Counted from the first letter of the stretch, positions 9,763-21,905 are shown. The stretch is 64,000 nt of DNA from Thermovirgaceae bacterium (GCA_040767805.1 JAXGNU010000004.1:64001-128000), one strand, 5' to 3'. The notes: a model not told the origin generated them from the letters alone. Numbers and translations are program-made.

Positions 9763-11322
9763 CTAGTGCGGCATGACGCCGTGCTTGCGTTTCGGGCGCT
9801 GCTGGCGCTTGCCCTCGCTAAGGACAAGGGCACGGTAGATCTCGGCGCGGGTCTCCTCGGGGAGGATCACCCTGTCCACGAAGCCCCTCTTGGCGGCCTG
9901 GTAGGGCGTGGCGAAGGCCTCGCGATACTCCTCGATCTTCTGCGCCCTGAGGGCCTGGGGATCGGGGGAGCCTTCGATCTCCCTCCTGAAGATTATGTTG
10001 GCGGCGCCCTCGGCCCCCATGACGGCTATCTCGGCCTGGGGCCAGGCGAGGACCACGTCGGCGCCGAGGTCCTTGCTGCACATGCCCAGGTAGGCCCCGC
10101 CGTAGGCCTTGCGGAGGACCACCGTGATGAGGGGCACCGTGGACTCGCTGTAGGCGTAGAGCATCTTAGCGCCGTGCCTGATGATACCCCCCAGTTCCTG
10201 GTTCTTGCCGGGGAGATAACCGGGGACGTCGACGAAGGTGACGATGGGGATGTTGAAGGCGTCGCAGTAACGGATGAACCGGCTGGCCTTGTCGGAGGCG
10301 TCGATATCGAGGCAGCCGGCCATTATGGCGGCCTGGTTGGCTATGACCCCCGCGACATACCCGCCGACGCGCATGAAACCGGTGACGATGTTTTTAGCCC
10401 ACAGGGCCTGGACCTCGAAGAACTCGCCGCCGTCGGCGATCCTGGTCAGGACGTCCTGAACCCTGTAGCTCTTGTTCGGGTTGGTCGGGACGAGGTCCCT
10501 CAGGCTATCGTCGGTGCGGTAGGGGTCATCGCCGCTGTCGTAGAAGGGCGGCTCCTCCATGTTGTTGGAGGGAAGGTAGGAGAGCAGCTTCCTTACCTGG
10601 GTGAAGCACTCATCTTCGGTGGTGGCGAAGAAGTGGGCGTTGCCGGAGATCTGGTTGTGGGCCATGGCCCCCCCGATCTGCTCGCTGGTCACATCCTCGC
10701 CGGTGACGGCCTTGATGACGTCAGGCCCGGTAATGTGGAGGATGCCTATCTTGTCGACCATGAAGATGAAGTCGGTCAGCGCGGGGCTGTACACGGCGCC
10801 CCCGGCGGTGGGGCCCAGGATGAGCGACAACTGGGGCACGACGCCGCTGGCGACGGTGTTGCGGTAGAAGATGTTGCCGTAACCGCTCAGGCTGTCAACG
10901 GCTTCCTGGATCCTCGCGCCGCCGCTGTCGTTCAGCCCCAGGACGGGGGCCCCGTTCTGCATCGCGAGGTCCATGACCTTGCAGATCTTCTTGGCGTGCA
11001 TTTCGCCCAGGGACCCCCCGATGACGGTGAAATCCTGGCTGTAGACGTAAACCAGGCGCCCGTCGACGGTCCCGTAACCGGTGACTACGCCGTCCCCGGG
11101 GAAGGTCCTTTTTTCCATCCCGAAGTGTATGCACCGGTGTTCGACGAAGGCGTCGAGTTCGACGAAACTCCCCTCGTCGAGAAGCTTGTCGATCCTCTCC
11201 CTCGCCGTCAATTTGCCCTTTTCGTGCTGCTTCGCGACGGCCTTTTCACCGCCCCCCGCCTCGGCTTCCTCACGGAGCCTGACCAAGGCCTCGCAAAGCT
11301 CACCGATCGTCCTCTCAGACAT
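9763..11322 (-). CDS. mmdA: Methylmalonyl-CoA decarboxylase alpha (carboxyltransferase) subunit
   Basis: GKLTARERI, QDFTVIGGSLGEMH, DSGGARIQE, GIIRHGAK and AVMGAEGA motifs. Confidence 0.92.
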   Translation of the reverse strand: MSERTIGELCEALVRLREEAEAGGGEKAVAKQHEKGKLTARERIDKLLDEGSFVELDAFVEHRCIHFGMEKRTFPGDGVVTGYGTVDGRLVYVYSQDFTVIGGSLGEMHAKKICKVMDLAMQNGAPVLGLNDSGGARIQEAVDSLSGYGNIFYRNTVASGVVPQLSLILGPTAGGAVYSPALTDFIFMVDKIGILHITGPDVIKAVTGEDVTSEQIGGAMAHNQISGNAHFFATTEDECFTQVRKLLSYLPSNNMEEPPFYDSGDDPYRTDDSLRDLVPTNPNKSYRVQDVLTRIADGGEFFEVQALWAKNIVTGFMRVGGYVAGVIANQAAIMAGCLDIDASDKASRFIRYCDAFNIPIVTFVDVPGYLPGKNQELGGIIRHGAKMLYAYSESTVPLITVVLRKAYGGAYLGMCSKDLGADVVLAWPQAEIAVMGAEGAANIIFRREIEGSPDPQALRAQKIEEYREAFATPYQAAKRGFVDRVILPEETRAEIYRALVLSEGKRQQRPKRKHGVMPH

Positions 11323-11350
11323 CTCTTTTCCTCCCTTTTGCTTATTCCCG

Positions 11351-11773
11351 TTATCGACCGCTATCCAACCCTGGACGTTCGCTCAGTTCCAGCAGAACAC
11401 CCCCCGCCGTTTTGGGGTGTACAAAGGCTATCCTCGCGCCCCCCGCCCCGTATCTAGGTTTTTCGTCGATCATCCTGAGGCCGAGGGCCTTCATCTTCTC
11501 GAGGGCCTCCTCAAGGTTCTCGACCCGGATGGCAAGGTGGTGGATCCCCTCACCCCTTTTTTCTATGAACTTGGCGACGGGGCTTTCAGGGTCGGTGGCT
11601 TCAAGTAGTTCCACCTCGGTGTCGCCGAGGGGCAGGAAGGCCGTCCTGACCTTCTGCTCCGCCACTTCTTCGACCCCCGTGCACTTGATCCCCAGCGATT
11701 GCTCCCAGAACTTGAGAGCTTCGTCGAGGTTGGCAACGGCTATGCCGATATGATCTATCGCTGTTGGCTTCAT
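11351..11773 (-). CDS. mce: Methylmalonyl-CoA epimerase
   Basis: [16 protein letters not shown] and [14 protein letters not shown] motifs. Confidence 0.95.
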   Translation of the reverse strand: MKPTAIDHIGIAVANLDEALKFWEQSLGIKCTGVEEVAEQKVRTAFLPLGDTEVELLEATDPESPVAKFIEKRGEGIHHLAIRVENLEEALEKMKALGLRMIDEKPRYGAGGARIAFVHPKTAGGVLLELSERPGLDSGR

Positions 11774-11821
11774 GCTGTCCCTCCTATATGGGGCGAGGCC
11801 GGCCCTCTCCCGGTTTTCACC

Positions 11822-12238
11822 CTAGGATTCCCCGGCCCTCTTCTCCCGGACTTTGTTCTCTAGCCACTCTATGCAGGTGCTGGTGGGGGTCCCGGGGCCG
11901 AAGACAGCCCCGACGCCCATCCCGGTCAAGCTGGGTATATCACCCTCGGGGATGACGCCCCCGCCGAAAAGGATGATGTCCTCGGCGTTCTTCTCCTTCA
12001 ATAGCCGGATTATCTCACGGAAATAGTGCTCGTGGGCGCCGCTCAGGATGCTCACCCCGATGGCGTCGGCGTCTTCCTGGATGGCGGTCTCCACGATGCT
12101 CTCCGGGGTCTGCCTTAGCCCGGTGTAGATGACCTCCATGCCGGCGTCCCTGAGAGCCCTGGCCACCACCTTGGCCCCCCTGTCATGGCCGTCGAGGCCG
12201 GGCTTGGCCACGATAACACGGATCCTCCGTCCCTTCAT
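11822..12238 (-). CDS. Methylmalonyl-CoA mutase, cobalamin-binding subunit
   Basis: KPGLDGHDRG (DxHxxG B12-binding motif), SILSGAH and GGVIP. Confidence 0.93.
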   Translation of the reverse strand: MKGRRIRVIVAKPGLDGHDRGAKVVARALRDAGMEVIYTGLRQTPESIVETAIQEDADAIGVSILSGAHEHYFREIIRLLKEKNAEDIILFGGGVIPEGDIPSLTGMGVGAVFGPGTPTSTCIEWLENKVREKRAGES

Positions 12239-12267
12239 TTCCCGTCCCTCCCGACACCAGGCGTCCC

Positions 12268-13959
<1,692 letters not shown>

Positions 13960-14156
13960 ACGCCCCTTTCCTCGCAAGAACGGGACCTAAAGGCCTAATT
14001 GACGGAACAGTGCTTTATTTTCCGGTCCCTTTGTGAATCTTCAAGCAGGTATTGACATTATTCCCTATCATCTCAAAAGATGCAACCATTTCATTGAATT
14101 GCGAGACAATTCTATTCAATTCACCCCGGGGAAAAGGCGACCCCGCCCCGGCACGC

Positions 14157-14750
14157 CTAGGGGCCACCGGTCAGCCCCTCTTCCGATGGGGGAGAGCCGC
14201 GGCGGTAACGGGCCGGGCCCTCCCGGTAGAGGTCGTTCCCGTAAGCGTCGACAAGGACAACCACGGGGAGGTCCTCCACCCTCATCCTGAAGACCGCCTC
14301 GGGCCCCATTTCCGGCCAGGCCACGGACTCCATCCTGGTGACGTAGCCCGAGAGGAGGACCGCCGCGCCTCCTACGGCCCCGAAGTAGACGGCCCCGTTC
14401 TTCACGATGGAATCGATGACTTCCGGCGACCGCCTTCCCCTGCCTATCATCCCCTTGAGCCCGAGGTCGAGGAGGAGCGGTGTGTAGGGGTCCATCCTGC
14501 CGCTCGCGCCCGGCCCGACGGGGCCGCAGACCCTGCCGGGCGGCGTCGGGGAGGACTCCAGGTAGCAGATGACCTGCCCCTCCAGGTCGAAGGGGAGGGG
14601 CCTGTTCTCCCGGGCGCACTCGGCCATCCGTCGGTGGGCCTCGTCCAGGGCGGTGAGGATGACACCGCTGATGAGTGCCCTGTCACCGGAACGGAGGGGC
14701 CTCACCGCTTCATCGTCGAGGGGAGCGACCAGCCTCGAGGCGTGCCTCAT
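14157..14750 (-). CDS. Class I Fe-S hydro-lyase (fumarase/tartrate dehydratase) beta subunit, divergent
   Basis: SGRMDPYTP, GLKGMIG, GGAAVLLS and VDAYGNDLY motifs; several active-site residues substituted (see findings). Confidence 0.85.
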   Translation of the reverse strand: MRHASRLVAPLDDEAVRPLRSGDRALISGVILTALDEAHRRMAECARENRPLPFDLEGQVICYLESSPTPPGRVCGPVGPGASGRMDPYTPLLLDLGLKGMIGRGRRSPEVIDSIVKNGAVYFGAVGGAAVLLSGYVTRMESVAWPEMGPEAVFRMRVEDLPVVVLVDAYGNDLYREGPARYRRGSPPSEEGLTGGP

Positions 14751-14763
14751 CGGGCGTACCTCC

Positions 14764-15621
14764 CTATATCGTGACTGCCGCGTGCCGGGCGGCGTGGCAG
14801 CAGATGTTGACCACCACCGGGGTCCCGGCGACATGGGCGGGGGCGAAGTCCATGTGGATGTCCAGGCAGGTGACGGTCCCACCCAGCCCGGCCGGCCCTA
14901 TGCCAAGGGCGTTCACGGCTTCCAGGGTCCGCAGTTCCAGTTCCGCGTACCGCCTGTCGGGGTTCCTCCGCCCCACGGGGTAGAGGGTGGCCCTCTTGGC
15001 CATAATGGCGGCCGCCTCCACCGTTCCCCCTATGCCGACACCCACGAGGGTGGGGGGGCACGGTTCGGGGCCCGCGGCTTCGACGGTGTCCCGGACGAAC
15101 TCAAGGACCTCCCGGGGCCCCTGCCCGGGCGACAATACCCGGAGGGCGCTCACGTTCTCGCCGCCGAAACCCCTGGGGGCGACCAGGAGCCCCACCCTGT
15201 CACCGGGGACGATCCTCGCGTGGAGCACCGCCGGGGTGTTAGTGCCGGTGTTCTGGCGGTCGAAGAGAGGGTCCGTGACGATGGACTTCCGGAAGCACCC
15301 CTCCCGGTAGGCTTCCTCCACGCCCGAATTCACCGCCTCGGCCAGGCCGCCCCCCACCAGGAGCACTTCCTGCCCCAGGTCTACGAAGACGACGGCCATG
15401 CCGGTGTCCTGGCAGAGAGGGACATGGCCGGCCCTGGCCAGGTCGTGGTTGCGCAGGACCTGGTCCAGCACGGACCTCCCCAGGGGGGACTCCTCCAGCC
15501 TGTCCCTAGCGTGGACCAGGGCGTTGTACACGTCCTGCCCGATGGACACGTTGGCCTTGAAGAAAAGACCCCTGACGGCCTCGGTTACGAGGGACGCTTC
15601 GACCTCCCTGACCTTTGCCAT
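14764..15621 (-). CDS. Class I Fe-S hydro-lyase (fumarase/tartrate dehydratase) alpha subunit
   Basis: CQDTG, CPP, GIGPAGLGG and CHAARH motifs with the three cluster Cys; ATG at 15621 follows GAGGAG. Confidence 0.9.
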   Translation of the reverse strand: MAKVREVEASLVTEAVRGLFFKANVSIGQDVYNALVHARDRLEESPLGRSVLDQVLRNHDLARAGHVPLCQDTGMAVVFVDLGQEVLLVGGGLAEAVNSGVEEAYREGCFRKSIVTDPLFDRQNTGTNTPAVLHARIVPGDRVGLLVAPRGFGGENVSALRVLSPGQGPREVLEFVRDTVEAAGPEPCPPTLVGVGIGGTVEAAAIMAKRATLYPVGRRNPDRRYAELELRTLEAVNALGIGPAGLGGTVTCLDIHMDFAPAHVAGTPVVVNICCHAARHAAVTI

Positions 15622-15729
15622 TGGGTGGATCTCCTCTCCCATAGGTACTGTTTAGGGCACGGCTTGAAAAGCATTACGCCCCATGCAGGCCGACCCGCCC
15701 GACATCGCGGGGGAGCCGGGGGATGGGGC

Positions 15730-16926
15730 TCACGGCAAGGACGACGCACGCCTCCGGGTGGACCCGCTCCCAGTCCCCTTAGCGCGGTTTTCGAAGAGCG
15801 GCCGTTCCTCCTCGGGGGAAGCCTGCTTCTTCGGGCGCCGGGGGGGCGCCATTTTCAGCCCGCTCCCGGTCAGGGGGACCACCACCGTGTCTTCGGCGGT
15901 TATCACGCCCGCCATCCTGAGGGCTCTCTCGGTGGCAGGGGCCGCGGCCGCCGTGGGCTCTACCAGCAGCCCCTCCTCGAGGGCCAGGCGCTCCTGTTCG
16001 GCCAGGATGTCCTGGTCGTCGACGGTGATGACATCGCCCCTGCTGGCACGGAGGGCGTCGATCATCTCCCTCATCCGCGGGGGGACCGTTACGGCGATCC
16101 CCTCGGCGATGGTGGCCCTGAAGGTCTTCTCTCCCGTCTGATTCCACTCGGCGTAGAGGGGGGCGCATTGGGCGCCCTGGGCGGCGTAGATCCTCGGCAT
16201 GCGCCTTACCCTGGCCCGCTGGAGGAGTTCCCTGAAACCCTTGAAGACGCCCAGGAGCATCGTCCCGTTGCCGGCGGGGACCACCACGGCATCGGGCGCC
16301 CTGAAGCCGAGCTGCTCCCATATTTCAAAGGCTACCGTCTTCGTACCCTCCAGGAAAAGCGGGTTCCAGACATGGCTCGCGTAGTAGGTGCTCCCCGAGA
16401 GGGAAAGGGCCATCGAGGCCGCCGCCCCTCGGTCCCCGTCGACGACCTCGAGGGCGGCCCCGTATAGTTCGATCTGCCTCTTCTTGACCTCGGTGGTGTC
16501 CCGGGGTACTATCACCGTCGCCCTGATGCCGCACCGGGCCGCGTAGGCCGCGATGGACGCCCCGGCGTTGCCCGAGGAATCCTGGACGACGCTCTCCCGC
16601 CCCTGGTTTTTCGCTTCCGTCATGACCAGCACCGAACCCCGGTCCTTGAAGGAGCCCGTGGGAAACAGGTATTCCAGTTTGTAATAGGGGCCGCCGGAGC
16701 GGGAAGGCAAAAGGGGGGTCCATCCCTCGCCCATGGAAACGAAGGGGTCCAGCGGCGGCAAGGCGCTGGAATACCGGGCCAAACCCCGGGCCCCGGTGTC
16801 GATCACCAGGTCGGCCCAGTCGACGGTGCTCTTGAGGGGGGTCCCGCATTCGCAAGCGACGGGCCTCGAGGCCTCATTAAAGGTACGGCCGCAGCGGGGG
16901 CAAAAGTAAATAACCAGGAGGATCAC
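15730..16926 (-). CDS. Threonine synthase-like PLP-dependent enzyme (fold type II)
   Basis: N-terminal CxxC...CxC, MGEGWTP, PTGSFKDRG, DSSGNAG, VEPTAA and LTGSGLK motifs. Start uncertain. Confidence 0.85.
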   Translation of the reverse strand: MILLVIYFCPRCGRTFNEASRPVACECGTPLKSTVDWADLVIDTGARGLARYSSALPPLDPFVSMGEGWTPLLPSRSGGPYYKLEYLFPTGSFKDRGSVLVMTEAKNQGRESVVQDSSGNAGASIAAYAARCGIRATVIVPRDTTEVKKRQIELYGAALEVVDGDRGAAASMALSLSGSTYYASHVWNPLFLEGTKTVAFEIWEQLGFRAPDAVVVPAGNGTMLLGVFKGFRELLQRARVRRMPRIYAAQGAQCAPLYAEWNQTGEKTFRATIAEGIAVTVPPRMREMIDALRASRGDVITVDDQDILAEQERLALEEGLLVEPTAAAAPATERALRMAGVITAEDTVVVPLTGSGLKMAPPRRPKKQASPEEERPLFENRAKGTGSGSTRRRASSLP

Positions 16927-17004
16927 CTCTCAAAGGGGCGTGTCCCGCGACCCTTGTTGCTTTTTAATATAACATCACCCGGGGCGGGAAGGAAGAAGGC
17001 CGAT

Positions 17005-17033
17005 TTGACAAGCCGCTTTTGCAGTCGTATAAA
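17005..17033 (+). promoter_or_regulatory. Sigma70-type promoter for riboswitch-thiT
   Basis: TTGACA-17 nt-TATAAA directly upstream of the riboswitch. Confidence 0.75.
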
Positions 17034-17038
17034 GGAAG

Positions 17039-17132
17039 CGCAATGGGGGAGTCGGAACGGTCCGGCTGAGAGGAGACGCAGGTCTCGACCCCTGGAACCT
17101 GATCCGGGTAATGCCGGCGAAGGGATATTGCG
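17039..17132 (+). ncRNA. TPP (THI-box) riboswitch
   Basis: GGGGAGUC...GGCUGAGA...ACCC...GAACCUGAUCCGGGUAAUGCCGGCGAAGGGA core; P1 CGCAAU/AUUGCG; lies upstream of thiT. Confidence 0.96.
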
Positions 17133-17157
17133 GGACGGATACAAGTAAGATGCCCCG

Positions 17158-17186
17158 AAAGCCCCCCGGAACCCGGGGGGCTTTTT
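17158..17186 (+). terminator. Riboswitch-controlled intrinsic terminator
   Basis: AAAGCCCCCCGG-AAC-CCGGGGGGC-TTTTT. Confidence 0.88.
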
Positions 17187-17237
17187 CCTTGCCCCCCAAG
17201 TCAGGCTCCCTCTCAAAGACCTTATTGAAGGGAGACA

Positions 17238-17750
17238 GTGGAAGCAATGGAGAGTAAAAAGGTAAGAATCCTGGTGGAGGGCGCCATGACGGCGGCCCTG
17301 GCGGTGGCGCTGTCCTACGTGAGGTTGTGGACGATGCCCCAGGAGGGGGCAATTACACTGGAGAACGTCCCCCTCTTCCTCTTCGCCCTCCGGTGGGGCG
17401 TCAAGGCCGGCCTCGGCGCGGGGTCGGTGGCGGGCCTCCTGCTACTGGTGCTGAGCGGCTACGTTATCCATCCCGTCCAGGCGCTGCTGGACTACCCCGT
17501 GGCCTTTGCCGTCCTGGCGCTGGCCGCCCTCTGGAGGAAGCCCCTGTGGGCGGGGTTGGCGCTGGGGGCTTCGGCCCGCCTCTTATGCCACGTCCTCTCG
17601 GGGGTGATATTCTTCGCGGCCTTCGCCCCGGAGGGGATCAACATCTGGCTCTACTCCACCGTCTATAACGCCACCTTCATGGTGCCTAACCTGGCCCTCG
17701 CGATCGTGGCCGTCTACATCATCTGGCCCAGGCTCTCGAAATGGGCATGA
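17238..17750 (+). CDS. thiT: ECF-type thiamine transporter S component
   Basis: MPQEGAIT, HPVQALLDYP, HVLSGVIFF and YSTVYN motifs; under a TPP riboswitch. Confidence 0.92.
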   Translation: MEAMESKKVRILVEGAMTAALAVALSYVRLWTMPQEGAITLENVPLFLFALRWGVKAGLGAGSVAGLLLLVLSGYVIHPVQALLDYPVAFAVLALAALWRKPLWAGLALGASARLLCHVLSGVIFFAAFAPEGINIWLYSTVYNATFMVPNLALAIVAVYIIWPRLSKWA

Positions 17751-17790
17751 AAAAAAGGGCGGGAGGCCGGGTCGAACCGGCTTCCCGCCC
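17750..17790 (-). terminator. Intrinsic terminator between convergent genes
   Basis: A7 tract followed by GGGCGGGAGGCCGG-loop-CCGGCTTCCCGCCC stem. Confidence 0.75.
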
Positions 17791-17805
17791 CTATCGGCGG
17801 CTGGG

Positions 17806-18051
17806 TCACTTGCCTTTCAGGAGGCCCACCACGAATAGCAGTACGACGGCCCCGACAAAGGCCATCACCAGGGAACCGAGGAAGCCCATGGGGTAGATCC
17901 CGATGGAGCTGAAGATGACGCCGCCGATGAAGGCGCCGATCATCCCTACCCCCAGGTTGCCGAAGAAGCCGAAGCCCCTCCCCTGCCACACTTTTCCGGC
18001 CAGCCATCCCGCGATGGCGCCGACGACCAGGTAACCGACAAGATGATTCAT
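17806..18051 (-). CDS. GlsB/YeaQ/YmgE (transglycosylase-associated) small membrane protein
   Basis: GAIAGWLAG...GMIGAFIGG...AFVGAVVLL pattern; 81 aa. Confidence 0.85.
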   Translation of the reverse strand: MNHLVGYLVVGAIAGWLAGKVWQGRGFGFFGNLGVGMIGAFIGGVIFSSIGIYPMGFLGSLVMAFVGAVVLLFVVGLLKGK

Positions 18052-18088
18052 GGGACCCCTCACTCCCGTTCCAGGCAAGTCATCCTAC

Positions 18089-18832
18089 CTAGGTGTCCTC
18101 CTCGGCGAGGTCCTCCTCGCCGGCCGCCTCCTCCAGGGAGAGCCACTTGCCCCAGTCGACGCCGGCGAAACCGCTGACAATATAGATAAGCATCCCCGCG
18201 AGGGGAGCCTTGTTCCTCAGGACGGCGATCAGCAGGAAGGCGGAGGCCCACATGAAGACGGCCTTGCGCTTGTTAAGGCTGCCGGCCTTCAGGGCCTTCA
18301 GGTTGCCGAAGGGGACGCTGGAGATCATCAGGAACCCCGTCGCCGTGACCAGGAGGGCCATGAGAACCGGGGGAAGGTGGATGCCCGCCACCACGAAGGA
18401 GACCAGCAAGTGGCCGCCGGCGGGTATGGGCAGGCCCTGGAAGGAGCCGTCCACGTGGTGGACGTTGAACCTCGCGAGCCTGAGCGCCCCGCAGAGCGCG
18501 AAAAAGGCCGCCACGAGGGCCCCGGTGACGCCGAAGAAGCCCTTGAGGTAGACCGAGTAGATGATCATGGCCGGGGCGACGCCGAAACTGACCACGTCGG
18601 CGAGGCTGTCCAGTTCCATGCCGAAGCTGCTGCTGCCCCCCAGCTTCCTGGCCATCTTGCCGTCCATGAAGTCGAAGAACACGGCGAAGAAGACCAGCCA
18701 CGAGGCCGGGACGAAATGGCCGTGGAAGGTCAGCACCAGGGAGAGCATGCCGCTGAGCATGTTCCCGCAGGTGATCATGTTGGGTACCAGGGTCTTCATC
18801 GGTACGGGCTTACCTCTACGTTCTCGGCTCAT
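18089..18832 (-). CDS. pssA: CDP-diacylglycerol--serine O-phosphatidyltransferase
   Basis: PNMIT, DFMDGKMAR, ELDSLADVVSFGVAPA and LRLARFN motifs. Confidence 0.94.
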   Translation of the reverse strand: MSRERRGKPVPMKTLVPNMITCGNMLSGMLSLVLTFHGHFVPASWLVFFAVFFDFMDGKMARKLGGSSSFGMELDSLADVVSFGVAPAMIIYSVYLKGFFGVTGALVAAFFALCGALRLARFNVHHVDGSFQGLPIPAGGHLLVSFVVAGIHLPPVLMALLVTATGFLMISSVPFGNLKALKAGSLNKRKAVFMWASAFLLIAVLRNKAPLAGMLIYIVSGFAGVDWGKWLSLEEAAGEEDLAEEDT

Positions 18833-18833
18833 A

Positions 18834-19451
18834 TCATTTTCTCACTCCTATCGCTGTCTTCCCGGCCTTGACCTTCGCCCCGACGGTCACGGCCGGTGTA
18901 ACGCCCTCCGGAAGGTACAGGTCAACTTTTGAGCCCAATTTTATCATGCCGAACCGCTCCCCGCGAGCAAGGAAATCCCCCTTCTTCCTGGAGCAGGTTA
19001 TCCTCCTTGCCAGGAATCCCGCGACCTGGACCGTCATCCCCCTTCCATGGCGGGTCTGGAAACCCATGTAAAACCGCTCGTTCTCGAGGGAGGCCTTGGG
19101 GTTGAAGGCCATCAGTTTCTTCCCCGGCACGTACTCCATGAAGGCCACGGTGCCGTCGAAGGGCATCCTGTTCACGTGCACATCGAGGGGCGACATGAAG
19201 ACCCCCACGACGGTGCTTTTGCCCGTAAAGGGGTGCTCCGAGGGGCGGATCTCCGTCACACTGCCGTCGGCGGGGCTCACCCAGGCCTCCACATCCTCAG
19301 GGGGGATCCGCTCGGGGTCCCTGAAGAACCAGGCGAGAAAAACCGCCGCCGCCCCGAGAAGGCACCCGGCAAGGGCGCCCAGGGTAATGGCCGCGAGGAC
19401 CGCCGCTCCGGCGAAGAGCAGGACCGGTCTTTTACCCTCGGGTGCAAGCAT
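18834..19451 (-). CDS. psd: Phosphatidylserine decarboxylase proenzyme
   Basis: FFRDPER, SPADG, FMSPLDVHVNR and the LGS autocleavage motif; adjacent to pssA. Confidence 0.93.
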   Translation of the reverse strand: MLAPEGKRPVLLFAGAAVLAAITLGALAGCLLGAAAVFLAWFFRDPERIPPEDVEAWVSPADGSVTEIRPSEHPFTGKSTVVGVFMSPLDVHVNRMPFDGTVAFMEYVPGKKLMAFNPKASLENERFYMGFQTRHGRGMTVQVAGFLARRITCSRKKGDFLARGERFGMIKLGSKVDLYLPEGVTPAVTVGAKVKAGKTAIGVRK

Positions 19452-19457
19452 GGAATC

Positions 19458-21905
19458 CTATTCCCCCTCCCCCTCGCCGGACCGTATGACGCTTATATCG
19501 GCCACCATATCACCCTCGGCGACCTTCACCACCCTGTAGCCGGTGGCGGCCCTCCCCAGGGTGGAGACTTCGTCCACGTTCATGCGGATGACCCGGCCCC
19601 TGTTGGTCATGGCGATGATCTGGTCCTCGTCCATTAGTCCCCAGGCCCCCACGAGGAGGCCCGTCTTGGAGGAGATCCTCATGGCCCTGACCCCCCCGGT
19701 GGCCCTGTGGTGAGCCGTGAACTCGTCGAAGGCGGTCCTCTTCCCGACGCCGAGTTCGCTCACCAGCAACACCTGGTGGCCGGGCTTCACGATATCACAA
19801 CCCACCACGCTGTCACCCGCCTTAAGGCGTATTCCACGCACCCCCCTGGCCTGGCGGCCCAGGGGCCTGAACTCGCCCTCGAAGACCCTCAAGGCCTGCC
19901 CCTTGGCGGTGACCATGAGTATTTCTTCTTCGCCGCTGGTGAAGCGCACCCTGGCAATCTCGTCGCCGTCGTCCAGGGAGAGCACCCTCCTCCCCGCCCG
20001 GGTGAGGTTCTCCAGTTCCTCGGCGGGGAGCCTCTTGGCCACTCCCCTGGCGGTGATGAAGAACACGAAGCTGGCGCCCCGGAGGTGCCTGTCTTTCATG
20101 GCCACCACGGACTCGCCGTTCTCCAGGGAGATGAACTGGCTCGCGAGGCGACCCTTGCCGGTCCTGGGCTCGGGAATGACGTGACCCTTGAGGGCGAAGA
20201 CCCTCCCCCTGTTGGTGAAAAGGAAAATGTCCCTGTGGGTGGAGGATACGGTTATGATCGCCGCCTCGTCCCCCACCTTCGGCGTGGCGCCCTTCACGCC
20301 CTTGCCGCCGCGCCCCTGGAGCCGGTACTGCTCGAGGGGCATCCTCCTCAGGAAACCATCCCTGGAGAGGACCACGACGATCTCCTCCTCGGGGATCAGG
20401 TCCTCGATGGAGACCTCGTCCACGGCGTCGACGATGGTCGTCCTCCTGTCGTCGGCGAAATCCCGGCGGACTTCCCGCAGTTCCTCCCGGACGACCATGT
20501 CGAGGGCCGCGGGGTTGCCCAGGATGCTCTTGTACTTTTCGATGTCGGCGATCAGTTGGGCCAATTCCTCCTCGAGTTTTCCCTTCTCGAGGTTCGTGAG
20601 CCGCTGGAGCCTCATGTCCAGTATGGCCTGGGCCTGGGCTTCGCTGAAGCCCAACTTTTCGACGAGCCCCGCCCTGGCCTCGGAGGGATCCTTCGAGGAC
20701 TTTATGAGGGCGATGACGGCGTCGATGATGTCGATGGCCCTGACCAGCCCCTCCACGATGTGGACCCTCTCCTCGGCCCTCCGGAGGCGGAACACCGTCC
20801 TTCGGCGGATGACCTCCCGGCGGTAGTCAAGGAAGAGCCCCAGCATGGCGGGCATGGACATCTCGACGGGCCGCCCGTCCACCAGCGCCAGGTTTATCAC
20901 CCCGAAGGTCGCCTGGAGGGGGGTCCTGCGGAAGAGCTGCCTGAGCACGAGCTCGGGGGTGGCGTCCCTCACCAGTTCCAGGACGACCCTGATCCCCCTC
21001 CAGTCGGACTCGTCCCTGAGGTCCGTTATGCCGTCGATGACCTTGGCCTGGACCCCCTTCGCTATGGACTCCAGGAGGGTCGTCTTGTTGACCATGAAGG
21101 GGATCTCGGTGATCACGATGTAGTCCTTGCCCTTGCGCCCCTCCTCGACATGGGCTTCGCCGCGGATGACCAGTTTTCCCCGGCCGGTGCGGAAGGCGTC
21201 CAGGATCCCCTGCCTGCCCAGGATCACGCCTCCCGTCGGGAAGTCCGGCCCCGGGAGGACGGCGAGGATATCCTCCAGCTCGGCGGAGGGGTCGTCCAGG
21301 AGCAGGCAGAGGGCGTCCACGACCTCCCCCAGGTTGTGGGGAGGCATGTTGGTGGCCATGCCGACGGCTATGCCCGTGCTGCCGTTGACCAGGAGGTTCG
21401 GGACCCTAGCCGGGAGCGTCAGGGGCTCCTTCAGGGAGTCGTCGAAGTTGGGCCCCCAGTCGACGGTGTCCTCCTCGATATCGGCCAGCATCTGCTCGCC
21501 CAGGGCCGAAAGCCTGGCCTCGGTATAGCGCATCGCCGCCGGGGGGTCGCCGTCGAGGGAGCCGAAGTTCCCCTGGCCGTCGACGAGGGTCTTCCTCATC
21601 GAGAAGTCCTGGGCCATCCTCGTCATCGTGTCGTAGATGGCCGAGTCGCCGTGGGGGTGGTACTTGCCCATGGTCTCCCCCACGACCCTGGCGGATTTCT
21701 TGTAGGGCTGGTTATGTCTCAGCCCCAGCTCGAGCATCGAGTAAAGGACCCTCCGCTGGACCGGCTTGAGGCCGTCCCTGGCGTCGGGGAGGGCGCGCCC
21801 CACGATCACGCTCATGGCGTAGTCGAGGTAACTGTGCTTGATCTCCTCCTCGATGGGGAGGGGTATCACTTTCCCGAAAGGAAGTTCCCCTGACTTCTTT
21901 TCCAT
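19458..21905 (-). CDS. gyrA: DNA gyrase subunit A
   Basis: [19 protein letters not shown] (catalytic Tyr), GyrA-box QGRGGKG and a beta-pinwheel CTD. ATG at 21905 chosen as start. Confidence 0.95.
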   Translation of the reverse strand: MEKKSGELPFGKVIPLPIEEEIKHSYLDYAMSVIVGRALPDARDGLKPVQRRVLYSMLELGLRHNQPYKKSARVVGETMGKYHPHGDSAIYDTMTRMAQDFSMRKTLVDGQGNFGSLDGDPPAAMRYTEARLSALGEQMLADIEEDTVDWGPNFDDSLKEPLTLPARVPNLLVNGSTGIAVGMATNMPPHNLGEVVDALCLLLDDPSAELEDILAVLPGPDFPTGGVILGRQGILDAFRTGRGKLVIRGEAHVEEGRKGKDYIVITEIPFMVNKTTLLESIAKGVQAKVIDGITDLRDESDWRGIRVVLELVRDATPELVLRQLFRRTPLQATFGVINLALVDGRPVEMSMPAMLGLFLDYRREVIRRRTVFRLRRAEERVHIVEGLVRAIDIIDAVIALIKSSKDPSEARAGLVEKLGFSEAQAQAILDMRLQRLTNLEKGKLEEELAQLIADIEKYKSILGNPAALDMVVREELREVRRDFADDRRTTIVDAVDEVSIEDLIPEEEIVVVLSRDGFLRRMPLEQYRLQGRGGKGVKGATPKVGDEAAIITVSSTHRDIFLFTNRGRVFALKGHVIPEPRTGKGRLASQFISLENGESVVAMKDRHLRGASFVFFITARGVAKRLPAEELENLTRAGRRVLSLDDGDEIARVRFTSGEEEILMVTAKGQALRVFEGEFRPLGRQARGVRGIRLKAGDSVVGCDIVKPGHQVLLVSELGVGKRTAFDEFTAHHRATGGVRAMRISSKTGLLVGAWGLMDEDQIIAMTNRGRVIRMNVDEVSTLGRAATGYRVVKVAEGDMVADISVIRSGEGEGE

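Noticed and set aside
14090..14120. GAATTG-N5-CAATTC palindrome upstream of the mutase operon
   Set aside because: Arms of only 6 bp in an AT-rich patch; too weak to call without comparative data.
19458..21905. parC rather than gyrA, because no gyrB is adjacent
   Set aside because: The GyrA-box QGRGGKG is present.
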